A stretch of 63,450 nucleotides of DNA, filler included, from Octopus bimaculoides (taxonomy: Eukaryota), in the NCBI RefSeq assembly GCF_001194135.2. It is 8 parts of 8 records of this genome, joined end to end, with 100 filler letters (N's around TTAATTAATTAA, not from the genome) between each part and the next. Parts side by side here need not be neighbours in the genome. Positions count along the whole stretch, not along the records: positions 36,842 to 43,758 come from NC_068995.1; positions 43,859 to 59,361 come from NC_068983.1; 6 more parts are not named here. One strand, written 5' to 3'. Below the pieces are notes generated by a model that saw only the letters and a program-made list of their open reading frames with translations, did no database searches and was not told where the DNA came from. This document shows, piece by piece, positions 39,418 to 51,152 of the stretch. Each line of letters starts with the position of its first letter. Within the stretch, counting starts at the first letter, position 1. Position numbers and translations under genes: made by a program.

Positions 39418-39566
39418 TGGCGTTAGGAAGGGCATCCAGCTGTAGAAACTCTGCCAAATTTAGATTGGAGCCTGGTGTTGCCATCCGGTTTCACCAGTCC
39501 TCAGTCAAGTCGTCCAACCCATGCTAGCATGGAAAGCAGATGTTAAACGATGATGATGATGATGAT
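39418..39566 (+). mobile_element. Family E 3' portion
   Basis: Ends CCCATGCTAGCATGGAAAGCAGATGTTAAACGATGATG; inverted relative to 39999-40360. Confidence 0.85.
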
Positions 39567-39998
39567 ATATATATANNNNNNNNNNNNNNNNNNNNNNNNN
39601 NNNNNNNNNNNNNNNNNNNNNNNNNNNNNNNNNNNNNNNNNNNNNNNNNNNNNNNNNNNNNNNNNNNNNNNNNNNNNNNNNNNNNNNNNNNNNNNNNNNN
39701 NNNNNNNNNNNNNNNNNNNNNNNNNNNNNNNNNNNNNNNNNNNNNNNNNNNNNNNNNNNNNNNNNNNNNNNNNNNNNNNNNNNNNNNNNNNNNNNNNNNN
39801 NNNNNNNNNNNNNNNNNNNNNNNNNNNNNNNNNNNNNNNNNNNNNNNNNNNNNNNNNNNNNNNNNNNNNNNNNNNNNNNNNNNNNNNNNNNNNNNNNNNN
39901 NNNNNNNNNNNNNNNNNNNNNNNNNNNNNNNNNNNNNNNNNNNNNNNNNNNNNNNNNNNNNNNNNNNNNNNNNNNNNNNNNNNNNNNNNNNNNNNNNT

Positions 39999-40360
39999 CA
40001 TCATCATCATTGTTTAACGTCCGCTTTCCATGCTAGCATGGGTTGGACGATTTGACTGAGGACTGGTGAACCAGATGGCTACACCAGGCTCCAATCTGAT
40101 TTGGCAGAGTTTCTACAGCTGGATGCCCTTCTTAATGCCAATCACTCCGAGAGTGTAATGGGTGCTTTTACGTGCCACCGGCACGAAGGCCAGTCCGGAG
40201 GTACTGGCAGTGGCCACGCTTGAAATGGTGTATTTTACGTGCCACCTGCACAGGGGCCAGTCCAGCGGTACTGGCAACGAACTCGCTCGAATGCCTTTTT
40301 ACGTGCCACTGGCACAAGTGCCAGGAAGGCGACGTTGGTAACAATCACGCTCAAATGGTT
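39999..40360 (-). mobile_element. Family E repeat (GGCGTTAGGAAGGGCATCCAGC body, (GAT)n tail, ~65-bp internal tandem units); probably an RTE-related non-autonomous retroposon
   Basis: Copies at 30598-31000, 34770-34980, 37640-37945, 43440-43620 and 59465-59700 (minus) and 39418-39566 (plus). Confidence 0.8.
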
Positions 40361-40727
40361 CTATTTACACATACACACACACAGTGAGAGAAAGATAGAC
40401 AAACAGAGAGATGGTGGCTTTCTTTAATTTTCCATCTTGCAAATCCACTCACAAGGCTTAAGCTAACTCAGGGATATAGTAAAAGACGCTTGCTTAAGGT
40501 GCCATTCAGTGGGACTGAACCTGAAATCAAGTGGTTAGGAACTGAACTTCTTAGTCACACAGCCATGCCTGTGTTGAGAGAGAACAATATCAAATGTTGT
40601 CTTTGATATCCCTAAAAAAAGATGAGAATGGTTAAATACCATTTTGGTGACAGGTCTATTAGACCACAGTGGACCTAAGATTAAATGAGAACACCGACAA
40701 TTTCAAGAAGTGAAAGCAAGTACTTAC

Positions 40728-40874
40728 CAAGGGAACTAATATTATTGTTGCTTAAATTCAAAGAAGTGAGGTTTGTTAAACTGGAGAGAGGGATAAGGTT
40801 ACTTAAGTCATTGTTGGAGAGAATTAGATGTTCTAGACCAGTACATTCTTCAACACTGCCGACTTCATTGATAT
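40728..40874 (-). CDS. LRRC61: LRRC61-like protein, LRR exon (147 bp, phase 1-1)
   Basis: Acceptor attttccag|ATATC and donor CTTG|gtaagt. Translates HINEVGSVEECTGLEHLILSNNDLSNLIPLSSLTNLTSLNLSNNNISSL, with two LxxLxLxxNxL/I motifs and no stops. Confidence 0.9.
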
Positions 40875-41117
40875 CTGGAAAATAATATTTATCAGTTAGA
40901 AATAATACATTTCTAAATCTCTCAGAGAGACTTAAGCAGTAGTGACGCGATAAAGTAGTTGTATACTGCCAACTTAACGTGACAGTCCCAATAAGGGAAT
41001 CATACTACTGCTATTTAGCCCTAGGAAGCTGGACCGCTTCCTGTCAGCCTCGACAGATTTCCTGCGTCTTTATGTTTGCGAGGGGGAGACAAACTCCTCC
41101 ACCCAGCCTAGCCTGCA

Positions 41118-41160
41118 TTCAGGGACATGTTTTTGAGTTTTTGCTCATCATCAGCCTGAA
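41118..41160 (-). ncRNA. Type I hammerhead ribozyme motif, copy 1 (G12A core variant, intact GUC site)
   Basis: Minus strand reads TTCAGG CTGATGA TGAG CAAAAA CTCA AAAAC AT GTC CCTGAA: 6-bp helix I, CUGAUGA, 4-bp helix II, palindromic ACAUGU helix III, GUC. The GAAA element reads AAAA here. Confidence 0.8.
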
Positions 41161-41628
41161 GTAGCTGGCTGATAAATTTTTATTATGATCACTTGTCAAG
41201 CTCTTGCAAACATATTATTTCAGTGAAATACATTCACTGATTACAAAAATTAGAAATAATACATTTCTAAATCTCTCAGANNNNNNNNNNNNNNNNNNNN
41301 NNNNNNNNNNNNNNNNNNNNNNNNNNNNNNNNNNNNNNNNNNNNNNNNNNNNNNNNNNNNNNNNNNNNNNNNNNNNNNNNNNNNNNNNNNNNNNNNNNNN
41401 NNNNNNNNNNNNNNNNNNNNNNNNNNNNNNNNNNNNNNNNNNNNNNNNNNNNNNNNNNNNNNNNNNNNNNNNNNNNNNNNNNNNNNNNNNNNNNNNNNNN
41501 NNNNNNNNNNNNNNNNNNNNNNNNNNNNNNNNNNNNNNNNNNNNNNNNNNNNNNNNNNNNNNNNNNNNNNNNNNNNNNNNNNNNNNNNNNNNNNNNNNNN
41601 NNNNNNNNNNNNNNNNNNNNNNNNNNNN

Positions 41629-41662
41629 ATGTTTCTGAGTTTTTGCTCATCATCAGCCTGAA
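41629..41662 (-). ncRNA. Type I hammerhead ribozyme motif, copy 2 (intact core, 3' part in gap)
   Basis: Minus strand reads TTCAGG CTGATGA TGAG CAAAAA CTCA GAAAC AT, then N-gap. The catalytic core is canonical. Confidence 0.8.
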
Positions 41663-42962
41663 GTAGCATGACCAGCTGGCTGAAGAAGTCTGTCAAGCTC
41701 TTGCAAACATATATTATTTCAGTGAAACACAACTTAAATCTATCATAGTCTACAAGAATGGTTCCAAATATTTTACCATTGCAACAAATTTTTGACAAAT
41801 TAATAATTCTTCATCGTCTATATATTTTTTTTTTTTTTTAAATACTTAGTGAAATTTTTCAAAAGTTCATGGGGTTTTCACAGAACAGTGACAATCTAAA
41901 CAATTACATATCTAAAGAACCCCTTCAAGTCTTGAATGACCATGGAATTGCACCTAGAAAGTTACCATTCAGAGTACAAGTCTGGGCCAGGTTGTTTATG
42001 GAAGACCAGCAATTGCCCATGCATACCAGCCTCTCCTCTCCATGCCAAGGGACCAGCAAAGGCCGATACAGCTTGGCGCCAGTGACATTGCAACTCATTG
42101 CTGAGAAAACTGGAACAACATGAAATAAAGTGTCTTGTTCAAGAATACAACACACAACCCAGTCTGGGAATTGAACTCACTACCTTGTGATTGTGAACTC
42201 AATGCTCTAACCACTGATCCATGCACCTTCACAATTACATATCTGTTAATTATGTTCTGTTGTTTTATGTCATCAGAAACTATTGCCTCCATTCAGACAG
42301 CGTGTGGTCACAATATATGAAACAGTTATCAGATATTCATGTTTGAATCTGCAAGGACATATAGAGAAGGAATAGATTTGTTATTGCTTGGATTCTTGCT
42401 ATTCTGCATGTACCTCATGGATTATTATTTTCTTTGGCAGACATCAGTAAGCCTCAGTTAATAATTTGTTGGCTGATTTCTATAAACCTAAGCCACCTCA
42501 TAAGTGTGCATGTCTGTGTGTCTGTCAAATTATCATCATCATCATTTTTCTTTTCCATGTTGGTTAGACAGGTATTACAGCATCTCAAAATTAGTCAGTC
42601 TTTTATCATCTGGCATGCATATATGCACACGTATAGCAAGAAGAAAACATTCAGCCTTTGAAGATGTATCATGCATTTTTTGTTGTGTGTGTGTGTGTGT
42701 GTGGTGCATTGATTTTACAGCAGGATGCACTTCCTTGCATAGAATAGGTGCATTTTATCATGCCACTGATACTGCAGAAGTTGTCTGGGTGCAGGATTAT
42801 GGGGTTCCCTCCAACATGCGTTTGTTTTTATGAAGAGTTTCTGTTCTTTGAGACAGGTTCCATGAAATGCAGAGACCATCTCTAATCCACACATTCATTA
42901 CATAAACACACGCACACACACACACACAAAAGTACACCCAAATGACCATACAGTATACTCAC

Positions 42963-43049
42963 GCAAACCATCAAGATTTAAAATCATGATTGATTCCAGA
43001 TCAAAATCTCCACTGATTCCTCTCAGCATTCCACTGGTCACTTTAGATC
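42963..43049 (-). CDS. LRRC61: LRRC61-like protein, first identified coding exon (87 bp, phase 1-1)
   Basis: Acceptor ttttcttacag|GATCT and donor TTGC|gtgagt. Translates (G)SKVTSGMLRGISGDFDLESIMILNLDGL, which resembles the N-terminus of vertebrate LRRC61 as I recall it (ITPQLLKSRTGEFSLESILLLKLRGL). In frame with the next exon. Confidence 0.85.
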
Positions 43050-43101
43050 CTGTAAGAAAACAGAAAACACAGAGATCAATAAACAATAACTATTAAAACT
43101 A

Positions 43102-43229
43102 CAGGGTGTCCACAAGGTCTGGGTACATGGAGTAAATAAAATCATAACATAAACAATTAAATATAAGAAATAAAAATTTCTTAAAGTATGTGTTAATCCC
43201 CCATGTACCCAGACTTTGTGGACACCCTG
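43102..43229. mobile_element. Tc1/mariner-type MITE (128 bp)
   Basis: 29-bp terminal inverted repeats CAGGGTGTCCACAAGGTCTGGGTACATGG / CCATGTACCCAGACTTTGTGGACACCCTG (1 mismatch), with TA on both sides. Confidence 0.9.
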
Positions 43230-43859
43230 TAGAATACTGGATTCAATTCCAAATGTATTGAGACCTTTTGTTAATTTTTTTTCAGTGGACTACTGAAGTA
43301 GAGAACAGATTATTTAAACATAATTTCAGGACAGTGCCCCAGCATGGCCACAAAGAGTAATTATATTGGATAAATGAATTAGAGCTAATCTGTTGGATGT
43401 TCAGTGAATGACAGAGAAAACGATTGGACATTTAATATCATCATTATCATCATTTAATATCCATTTTCCATGCTGGCATGGGTTGGACGGTTTGACAGGA
43501 GCTGACCAACTGAAGGGCTGTTCAGGCTCCATGTCAGTTTTTGGCATGACTTCTATGGCTGGATGCCCTTCCTAACGCCAACCTCTTTACAGAGTATACT
43601 GGGTGCTTTTATGCAGCCCTTACAAGCCTGCAAGATTAGGGATGCTTAGTTGGAGAGGATTGCAAAGGATGAAACAGCTGTAAGCTAATGAAGTTCATAA
43701 AATAATCATTTGTTCCTTTATCATCTCACTTTTACATATATATATATATATATATATANNNNNNNNNNNNNNNNNNNNNNNNNNNNNNNNNNNNNNNNNN
43801 NNTTAATTAATTAANNNNNNNNNNNNNNNNNNNNNNNNNNNNNNNNNNNNNNNNNNNNT

Positions 43860-44504
43860 AATACCTATTATCTTGTTTTTAGCATTGAGCTCTGTTTTTA
43901 GCATTGAGCTATGTTTTTAGTATTGATCTAACTCGTCTATAGTACTCTTTCTTTATTTTTTCTTTCATTTGTGTATGTTGTATCCTATCTAGTTCATTGA
44001 CTCCTAAATACTTGTATGGTTGGCTTTCGTCTGGTTCTCTTATTTCATTGGCTTTATCTAGTGTTATATTGCTACTTTTAACTAATTTTCCTCTTTTCAC
44101 GGTTGCTTTGGCACATATTTCTAATCCGAATTTCATATCTATTTCCTTGGTAAAGCCGTATACTGTCTGTAGTAATGTTTCTAGCTCTCTGTAGTTTTTA
44201 GCATATAATTTTAGGTCTTCCATATATAGAAGGTGACTGACTGTTTTTCCGTAGCATTTGTAACCGCATTCAGTTAAAGGTATGAGTGCCAGGCAGAACA
44301 GGAGTGAAGAGAGCGTGTCTCCCTGGAATATTCCTCTTCTAATGTGTATGGCTTTCGTTTGGAGCTGTAGCACTGTCTGCCATTTGTTCATTGAGTGCCT
44401 TATGTATTTTATAATAATTGGTGCCACCTTGTTTATGGCTAGTGTTTCCAGAATCCACGTGTGGAGAACACTGTCGAAAGCCTTTTGGTAGTCCACCCAG
44501 ACCA

Positions 44505-44505
<1 letters not shown>
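43860..44505 (-). mobile_element. R4/Dong-like reverse transcriptase fragment
   Basis: ORF 43909-44505 has WVDYQKAFDSV, GIFQGDTLSSLLF, YMEDLKLY (YxDD altered) and YKYLGV. The 5' junction abuts (TAA)n at 44506-44590; the 3' end is lost in a gap. Confidence 0.9.
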
Positions 44506-44553
<48 letters not shown>

Positions 44554-44927
44554 GTTATTATTATTATTATTATCATTATTATTATTATTATCTCTTTTGT
44601 CTTTTTCTTGTTTCAGTTATTAGACTAGGACTATGGTGAGGCACAGTCTTGAATAACTTTTACTCGAATGTATCGGCCACAAAAGCCTGATACTTATTAT
44701 ATCGATCTCTTTTGCCGAGCCGTTATGTTACGGGCATTCAACCACACCAACACCAACACCAGTTGTCAAGTAGTGGTGGGAGAAAGACACGGACACGAAC
44801 AAACAAACACATAAACACATACATATCACGTGATTTTAGGGAGATATGTGGGTGGATAACGTGGTAGCTCTCAGTTATGGTCCGGGTTAAGGCTAACAGC
44901 ATCGATTAGTAGTAAACGTCTAAAGCA

Positions 44928-44964
44928 TGAGTGGCAGCCCATAATAGTTATGGGCTGCCACTCA
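44928..44964. repeat. Perfect 17-bp hairpin with 3-nt loop
   Basis: tgagtggcagcccataa-tag-ttatgggctgccactca. Confidence 0.9.
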
Positions 44965-47900
44965 CGCTGTAAATTTCTCCAATAGGTAATTCCATGTTCG
45001 CTTCACTGGATGGTAATATTATCTAGAGTGTATAATAGCAATAATTTATGATGACAGAGAATATGGAGATTGCTACATCCTTAAAATTTATTTTCTTTTA
45101 ATTTACATTTCATACAGCATATTTTTTTATGGTTATGACAACCTACACGTGTTTCGACTGCACGGAGTATGGGTAGTTGCACATGCAACCTGGCATGATA
45201 TTCTGCGCAGAGTGGAACAGGCCTTAAGATGCTTACACAAACAGCAAAGCATGTAAGAAATTTAAAACACGTTCTTGATAACTCAATATCCCACCAGCCA
45301 TATAGGTGACAAAAGGGGGATAGAAGCACATGTCCTAAACTCCCCAAATATATGGTATTTTCTAAACTAACCTAGTATATATTTTTTATCTTTTTTATTA
45401 CCCGGCATAAATACCGCAAGCACGAAAATATCTGATTAACTAAGAACAGGACATAGAACTGAACCGCCCCAAAATAAAATACATTACAAGAACTATACTT
45501 CAAAATAAGGTTATTAATTTCCCATCTACTACAATAAAGAAAGAAGCCTGTTAAAAGAGGTACAACCTTCTTAATTAAATAGAATCCAGACTTCGGCTAG
45601 CAACTGGTGCGAAACCGAGATCAACAACACAAGGTTACACACACATTAGATTTCAGATTCAAAACAACCAGCCCTCACTTCTGTCTGAACCCTAACCAAC
45701 AAACATCTAACTGTATTTGGTTGACTTCGAACCTAGCTAGTTGAAGGACCCTGAACAAAGTTGCACAGAATATTATGCTCAGTTACGTGTGCAACTGCCC
45801 ATACTCTGTTGTGCAATGGAAATACGTGTAGGTCGTCATAACTATAGAAGATATGATGTATATGTGAAATAAAAGGATATAAATTCTGAGAAGGTACCAA
45901 TCTCCATATTCTCTATCATCATAATTATTGCTCATATATATAGAGAGAGAGGGAGGGGAGAGAGAGGGGGAGAGAGTAGGGAGGGGAGAGAGAGGGGGAG
46001 AGTGGGGAGAGAGACGGGNNNNNNNNNNNNNNNNNNNNNNNNNNNNNNNNNNNNNNNNNNNNNNNNNNNNNNNNNNNNNNNNNNNNNNNNNNNNNNNNNN
46101 NNNNNNNNNNNNNNNNNNNNNNNNNNNNNNNNNNNNNNNNNNNNNNNNNNNNNNNNNNNNNNNNNNNNNNNNNNNNNNNNNNNNNNNNNNNNNNNNNNNN
46201 NNNNNNNNNNNNNNNNNNNNNNNNNNNNNNNNNNNNNNNNNNNNNNNNNNNNNNNNNNNNNNNNNNNNNNNNNNNNNNNNNNNNNNNNNNNNNNNNNNNN
46301 NNNNNNNNNNNNNNNNNNNNNNNNNNNNNNNNNNNNNNNNNNNNNNNNNNNNNNNNNNNNNNNNNNNNNNNNNNNNNNNNNNNNNNNNNNNNNNNNNNNN
46401 NNNNNNNNNNNNNNNNNNNNNNNNNNNNNNNNNNNNNNNNNNNNNNNNNNNNNNNNNNNNNNNNNNNNNNNNNNNNNNNNNNNNNNNNNNNNNNNNNNNN
46501 NNNNNNNNNNNNNNNNNNNNNNNNNNNNNNNNNNNNNNNNNNNNNNNNNNNNNNNNNNNNNNNNNNNNNNNNNNNNNNNNNNNNNNNNNNNNNNNNNNNN
46601 NNNNNNNNNNNNNNNNNNNNNGAGAGAGAGAGAGAGGGGAGAGAAAGAGGGGAGAGAGAGGGGAAAGAGAGAGAGAGGGGAAAGAGAGAGAGAGAAATTA
46701 TCAGGATATATGAACCTCTTATAGGGATAGTTTTATCTAAGTTACACTGTTTAATATATTTTGAAGATATAATTCTTCAATAAATATATTATACAAATAT
46801 CAAATATTTGTGAATAAGAAAATGGAGAGATACAATGAATATATTTTAATTTGTGATTAATATTGCCTACACTTGTTTCAGATTACACACAATACAAAAT
46901 ACATATACTATAAATTATATATAATAAAATAATTTTACATAATTTAAGATTTTGAGTGAAATATCTTCAGGGCAAAAAGGACATTACGGAATTTACATGT
47001 GAATGAGTTGAGATACTCCAACAGATTAAGTAGATGAAAGCATTTACAGTTATTTATATCTGTGTGCATTAATATTTTATTTAAATATACTAATCATATA
47101 ATTATTTAAATATAATAATAATAAATTATTGTATTTAAAATAAATCATTAAAATAAAGATTAAAAATGAAAATAAAAATTAAAAAATAAAAATAGAAATT
47201 AAAAATGAAAGTAATAAAATAGTAATCATAAAAATTATGAAAATATATAAAAATATATGAAAGATATATAGGACAGACATCTTTTAGTTTCCGGCTACCA
47301 ACTCTATTCACAAGGCTATTGTAAGCTCGATACTATTGTAAAAAAAGACTTGCATAAGATGCCACGCAGTGGGACTGAAACTGGAACCATGTGGATGAGA
47401 ATTAAACTTCTCACCACGTAGTCAGACCTGCCCATAAGTGTATATACAGGTGCGTGTGTGTTTGTGTGTGTGTGTGTGTGATATGTATATGTATATTTGT
47501 AGTCGCAGCATATTTGTGCTTCTGGTGTGTTTTTTAGTCGACTATATATATAAAACTCGTTTCCACTTCCGAAAGGGATACCGTCCTGTCGGAGGATAAA
47601 CCCAACAACTGCCTCGGGAACTACTTCCCTGTTGTACGGATTGCTGCAACACAAAACGAAGTGCCCTGCCGAAATACACAAGACGCAACCCGGCTAGAAA
47701 ATCTAACCCGTGACCAAGGAATCGCGAGTTCAACACTATCCATGCAGCCGCGCGTCTTCACGTGTTGTATCCGTCACTAAGTTATTGAACATCTCTTTAA
47801 TTTTTCTTTAAGATCGTCGTGTGGAATTTAAATGAAATTTTGCCGTTCTTTCTAACCAGTTCTGCCACCAGCGTAGACCATTACGTTTAGAACCAATGAT

Positions 47901-48979
47901 AGGAATTTATAAATGAACGTGAAACCACCATTGCCATGGAGATCAAATGGCTACTATAATAGTATCTTTTCCTAAAAGCAAGTTTCAATCTCTGTGCTAT
48001 TCTAAATACCAAAATGTTCTCTGCAGTCTAATCTTTCCCAGTCTGACCTCCTGTAGTTCGCTGGTTGCATGATCTTTTTATTTCCTATATACATCTCAAT
48101 GAAAAATTGTTCCTGTCATTTCCGAGCAGCTACAAGACTCTAAGTAATTTTCTCAAACAGAATGTAAAAAGAAAGAAAGAAAGAAAGAAATGAAATAATA
48201 AAAACTTTTATCCGCATTCTCTTTATTTTCATTATTTTGTTCAATTTCTGACACATTCTCTAAAAGCTTTCAGTATGACCTGTGCATAAAATATAAAGTA
48301 AAACAGTTTAAAAGAAAAATAATATACATGAAAGTACTTTCCGATTTGATGTCATACAGCTACATCCATAGCGAATAAAATGCTATTTTGATGACTAATT
48401 CCTCCCGACTAAATAATTTTTCTTTCTTCATGAAGTTTGGCAAGGACAGGTCGGCTTAGATACCAACAATTTATCATGTTGTAATTTGTACTAGAGAAGA
48501 AAAATGCAAATAGACAGTTTATATATTCAAACCCGAGCAGAGGGCATCACTGATATATCCTGTGGGCAATGTATAATCGAAACTGGTAGAGCCATCGATC
48601 ACGATTGATGAAGCCACTTTTAATTTTATCAACGCAGAAAAAAATTACAGATAGCCAACCATCACAAACACATTCATATAATGGAAGGAAACAGTTTATT
48701 AAATTATATATTTTCAATCACGATTAACGATTAATAACGTCGTTTATAGATTTTCAATAGATCAGTTACTGATTTACTGCATTCCTACAGTAGGAACGAA
48801 AAGGAAGTGTTTGCAACTCATGTAAAACAAATATTCCAGGGGACGTCTTTCGTAAAGGACCAGCATTTCCATTTTTCCGTCATTGTATACAGCATTCGCT
48901 AATATACATACGTGTATGTATACAGACACATATATATTAATGTTTGTTATCATATATACATATATGCATGCCCACAGAG

Positions 48980-49230
48980 GTGGAGGCGCGTGGCTTAGTG
49001 ATTAGGGTGTCAGCATCATGATCGTAAGATTGTGGTTTCGATTCCTGGACCGGGCGACGCATTGTGTTCTTGAGAAAAACACTTCATTTCACGTTGCTCC
49101 AGTCCACTCAGATAGTAAAAATGAGTAACGCTGCGATGGACTAGCGTCTCGTCCAACGGGGAACACATACGGCATCGAAACCGGGAAACCGGGCCCATAA
49201 GCCTAGCTAGGGTTTAAAAGGACGCATTTA
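48980..49230 (+). mobile_element. SINE family D (GTGGAGGCGCGTGGCTTAGTG head; GTTGCTCCAGTCCACTCAG body)
   Basis: A/B boxes present. Related copies at about 18390-18500, 30425-30580, 31045-31260, 38540-38735, 41960-42230, 47560-47760 and 49800-50110, with differing tails. Confidence 0.8.
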
Positions 49231-50833
49231 TTTTTTATTTTATACACAGAGAGACACATATACGTATGAATGCGTTCGTGTGTGTGTGTGTGTGTGTTCG
49301 CGCACAGGCGCGTGTGTGTATTTATATCTGACTGTGTGCAATTAGGCTTTAATTCAAGGATCACTCAGTGTGTTTAAGAAAAGTAACACATGTATTTTTA
49401 AAGAAAAACTGTTGAGAGTAACTTCGAAATATCGATTTTTTTTTTCACCTACAAACCCGCAGCCGGTGAAACTTCAAAAACAGGGGTAAAATTTCCGTCT
49501 ATTCTGTTTGACTCGAAATGTATCATTAATACACGGCCATGGTTGATGAACCGTAGGATGCTATCTAAAAGCGCCATGGCTGTGCCTCATATATTTTATT
49601 TCTTACTTGCTTCATTCATTGGACTGCAGCCATACTGGGGCACCGCCTTGAAGGGCTTCGTCGAACAAATCAGACAGAGTACTTATTTATTTTTCTCCCT
49701 GGTACTCTTCGTATCAAACAACACTGGTCGTCAAACAGCAGCCGGGAGCGGGAGAAAACAAAACACAGACACACGCGCCTACACTCACATGCAAATATGA
49801 ATGTCAGGCTCACAATCATGATCTAGTGAGTTCGATTTCCGGACTGGATTGTGTGTTTTGTTCTTGAGCAAGACACTATTTTATGTTGCTCCAGTTCGCT
49901 CAGCTATAGTAATGAGCTGAGACGGCATTGGTGCCAAGCTGTATCGGCATTTACCTTTCTCTTTTACATAACATCGGTGGCGTGGAGATTGGAGGCTGGT
50001 ATGTATGGGCGACTTCTGGTCTTCCATAAACAATCTTGCCTGGACTTGTGCGTTGGAGGGTAACATTCTAGGTGCAGTCTCACGATCATTCATGATTGAT
50101 TCGGGTCTTTACTCGTTACCCTATATATACACTTCGGGCTTCTTTCAGTTTCCGTCCATGAAATTAACTTACAAGTGATTCGTCGGCCAGAAGCTGTAGT
50201 TCAAAAAAGTTGCCCAAGATGCCACGGAGTAGGACTGAACCAAAGACCACATGTTCTGAAAGCAAGCTTTTCAACCACACAGCCACTCCTGTGCCTATGC
50301 TAAAAGTTTGTAAACTGTACATTAAAAAAGACATAATCAGAGATTCATTTCCACTATATAATTGAAATTGAATGGATATAATAATGGCTATTTCTTCATC
50401 GCAGATTGTCAGTCCTTCCTGAAGATTCCTCGTATCTCCTGATTTAATAGCCATCAAAAACCTTAGCGAGAAATAAAGACGACAAAAAAATATATCTGAA
50501 TCCGTATACCCACCACACCCACACACTAATCTAAGAATGTACTGAAATAATGATTGCTTTAGTACAGGGGAATTTCGTTCAATTAAAAGGTTTTTAAGAT
50601 GATTCTCTTATCTATGATTAATTAATTTTTATCCTTATTTCCTCTTCTTTTCTTTCATATGACCTCTACATCTTGAAGTATACTTACTCTGCGAAGATAA
50701 GTAAAATTCAAAACTGTAAAATAAGCTTTTATATGAGAAGAACCAGGAAGTAAACACGTACATACATTACAGACGTGTATGCGTTTATAAGACACAATCA
50801 TACATACATACGTATATACATATATGTAAGAAT

Positions 50834-50887
<54 letters not shown>

Positions 50888-50960
50888 CTATATGCATATA
50901 TATATATATATATATATATATGCATTTCTATAGACACATACACATACAAACATATTTATA

Positions 50961-51002
<42 letters not shown>

Positions 51003-51103
51003 CACACATATTCGGTCATATATATATATAGATGTAGATGTATGTATGAATATCATTGTAAAGAGTGGTCGTGAGTAGGAAATGAAGTGTGTGTGTGTGA
51101 GAA

Positions 51104-51152
<49 letters not shown>

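Larger units (their letters stand above)
40896..41728 (-). repeat. Tandem ~354-bp unit (at least 2 copies) carrying a hammerhead; retrozyme/Penelope-like
   Basis: The 31-mer ttagaaataatacatttctaaatctctcaga occurs at 40896 and 41250. The hammerhead plus downstream tgtcaagctcttgcaaacat...ttatttcagtgaaa is repeated after the gap at 41629-41728. Confidence 0.7.

Noticed and set aside
45950-46700. G-rich purine tract with G-quadruplex or triplex potential
   Set aside because: An ordinary degenerate (GA)n microsatellite, mostly inside a gap.
50330-50465. Minus-strand FLMAIKSGDTRNLQEGL, ankyrin-like, after a plausible acceptor
   Set aside because: No convincing donor, not in phase with neighbouring candidate exons, and the similarity is too weak.
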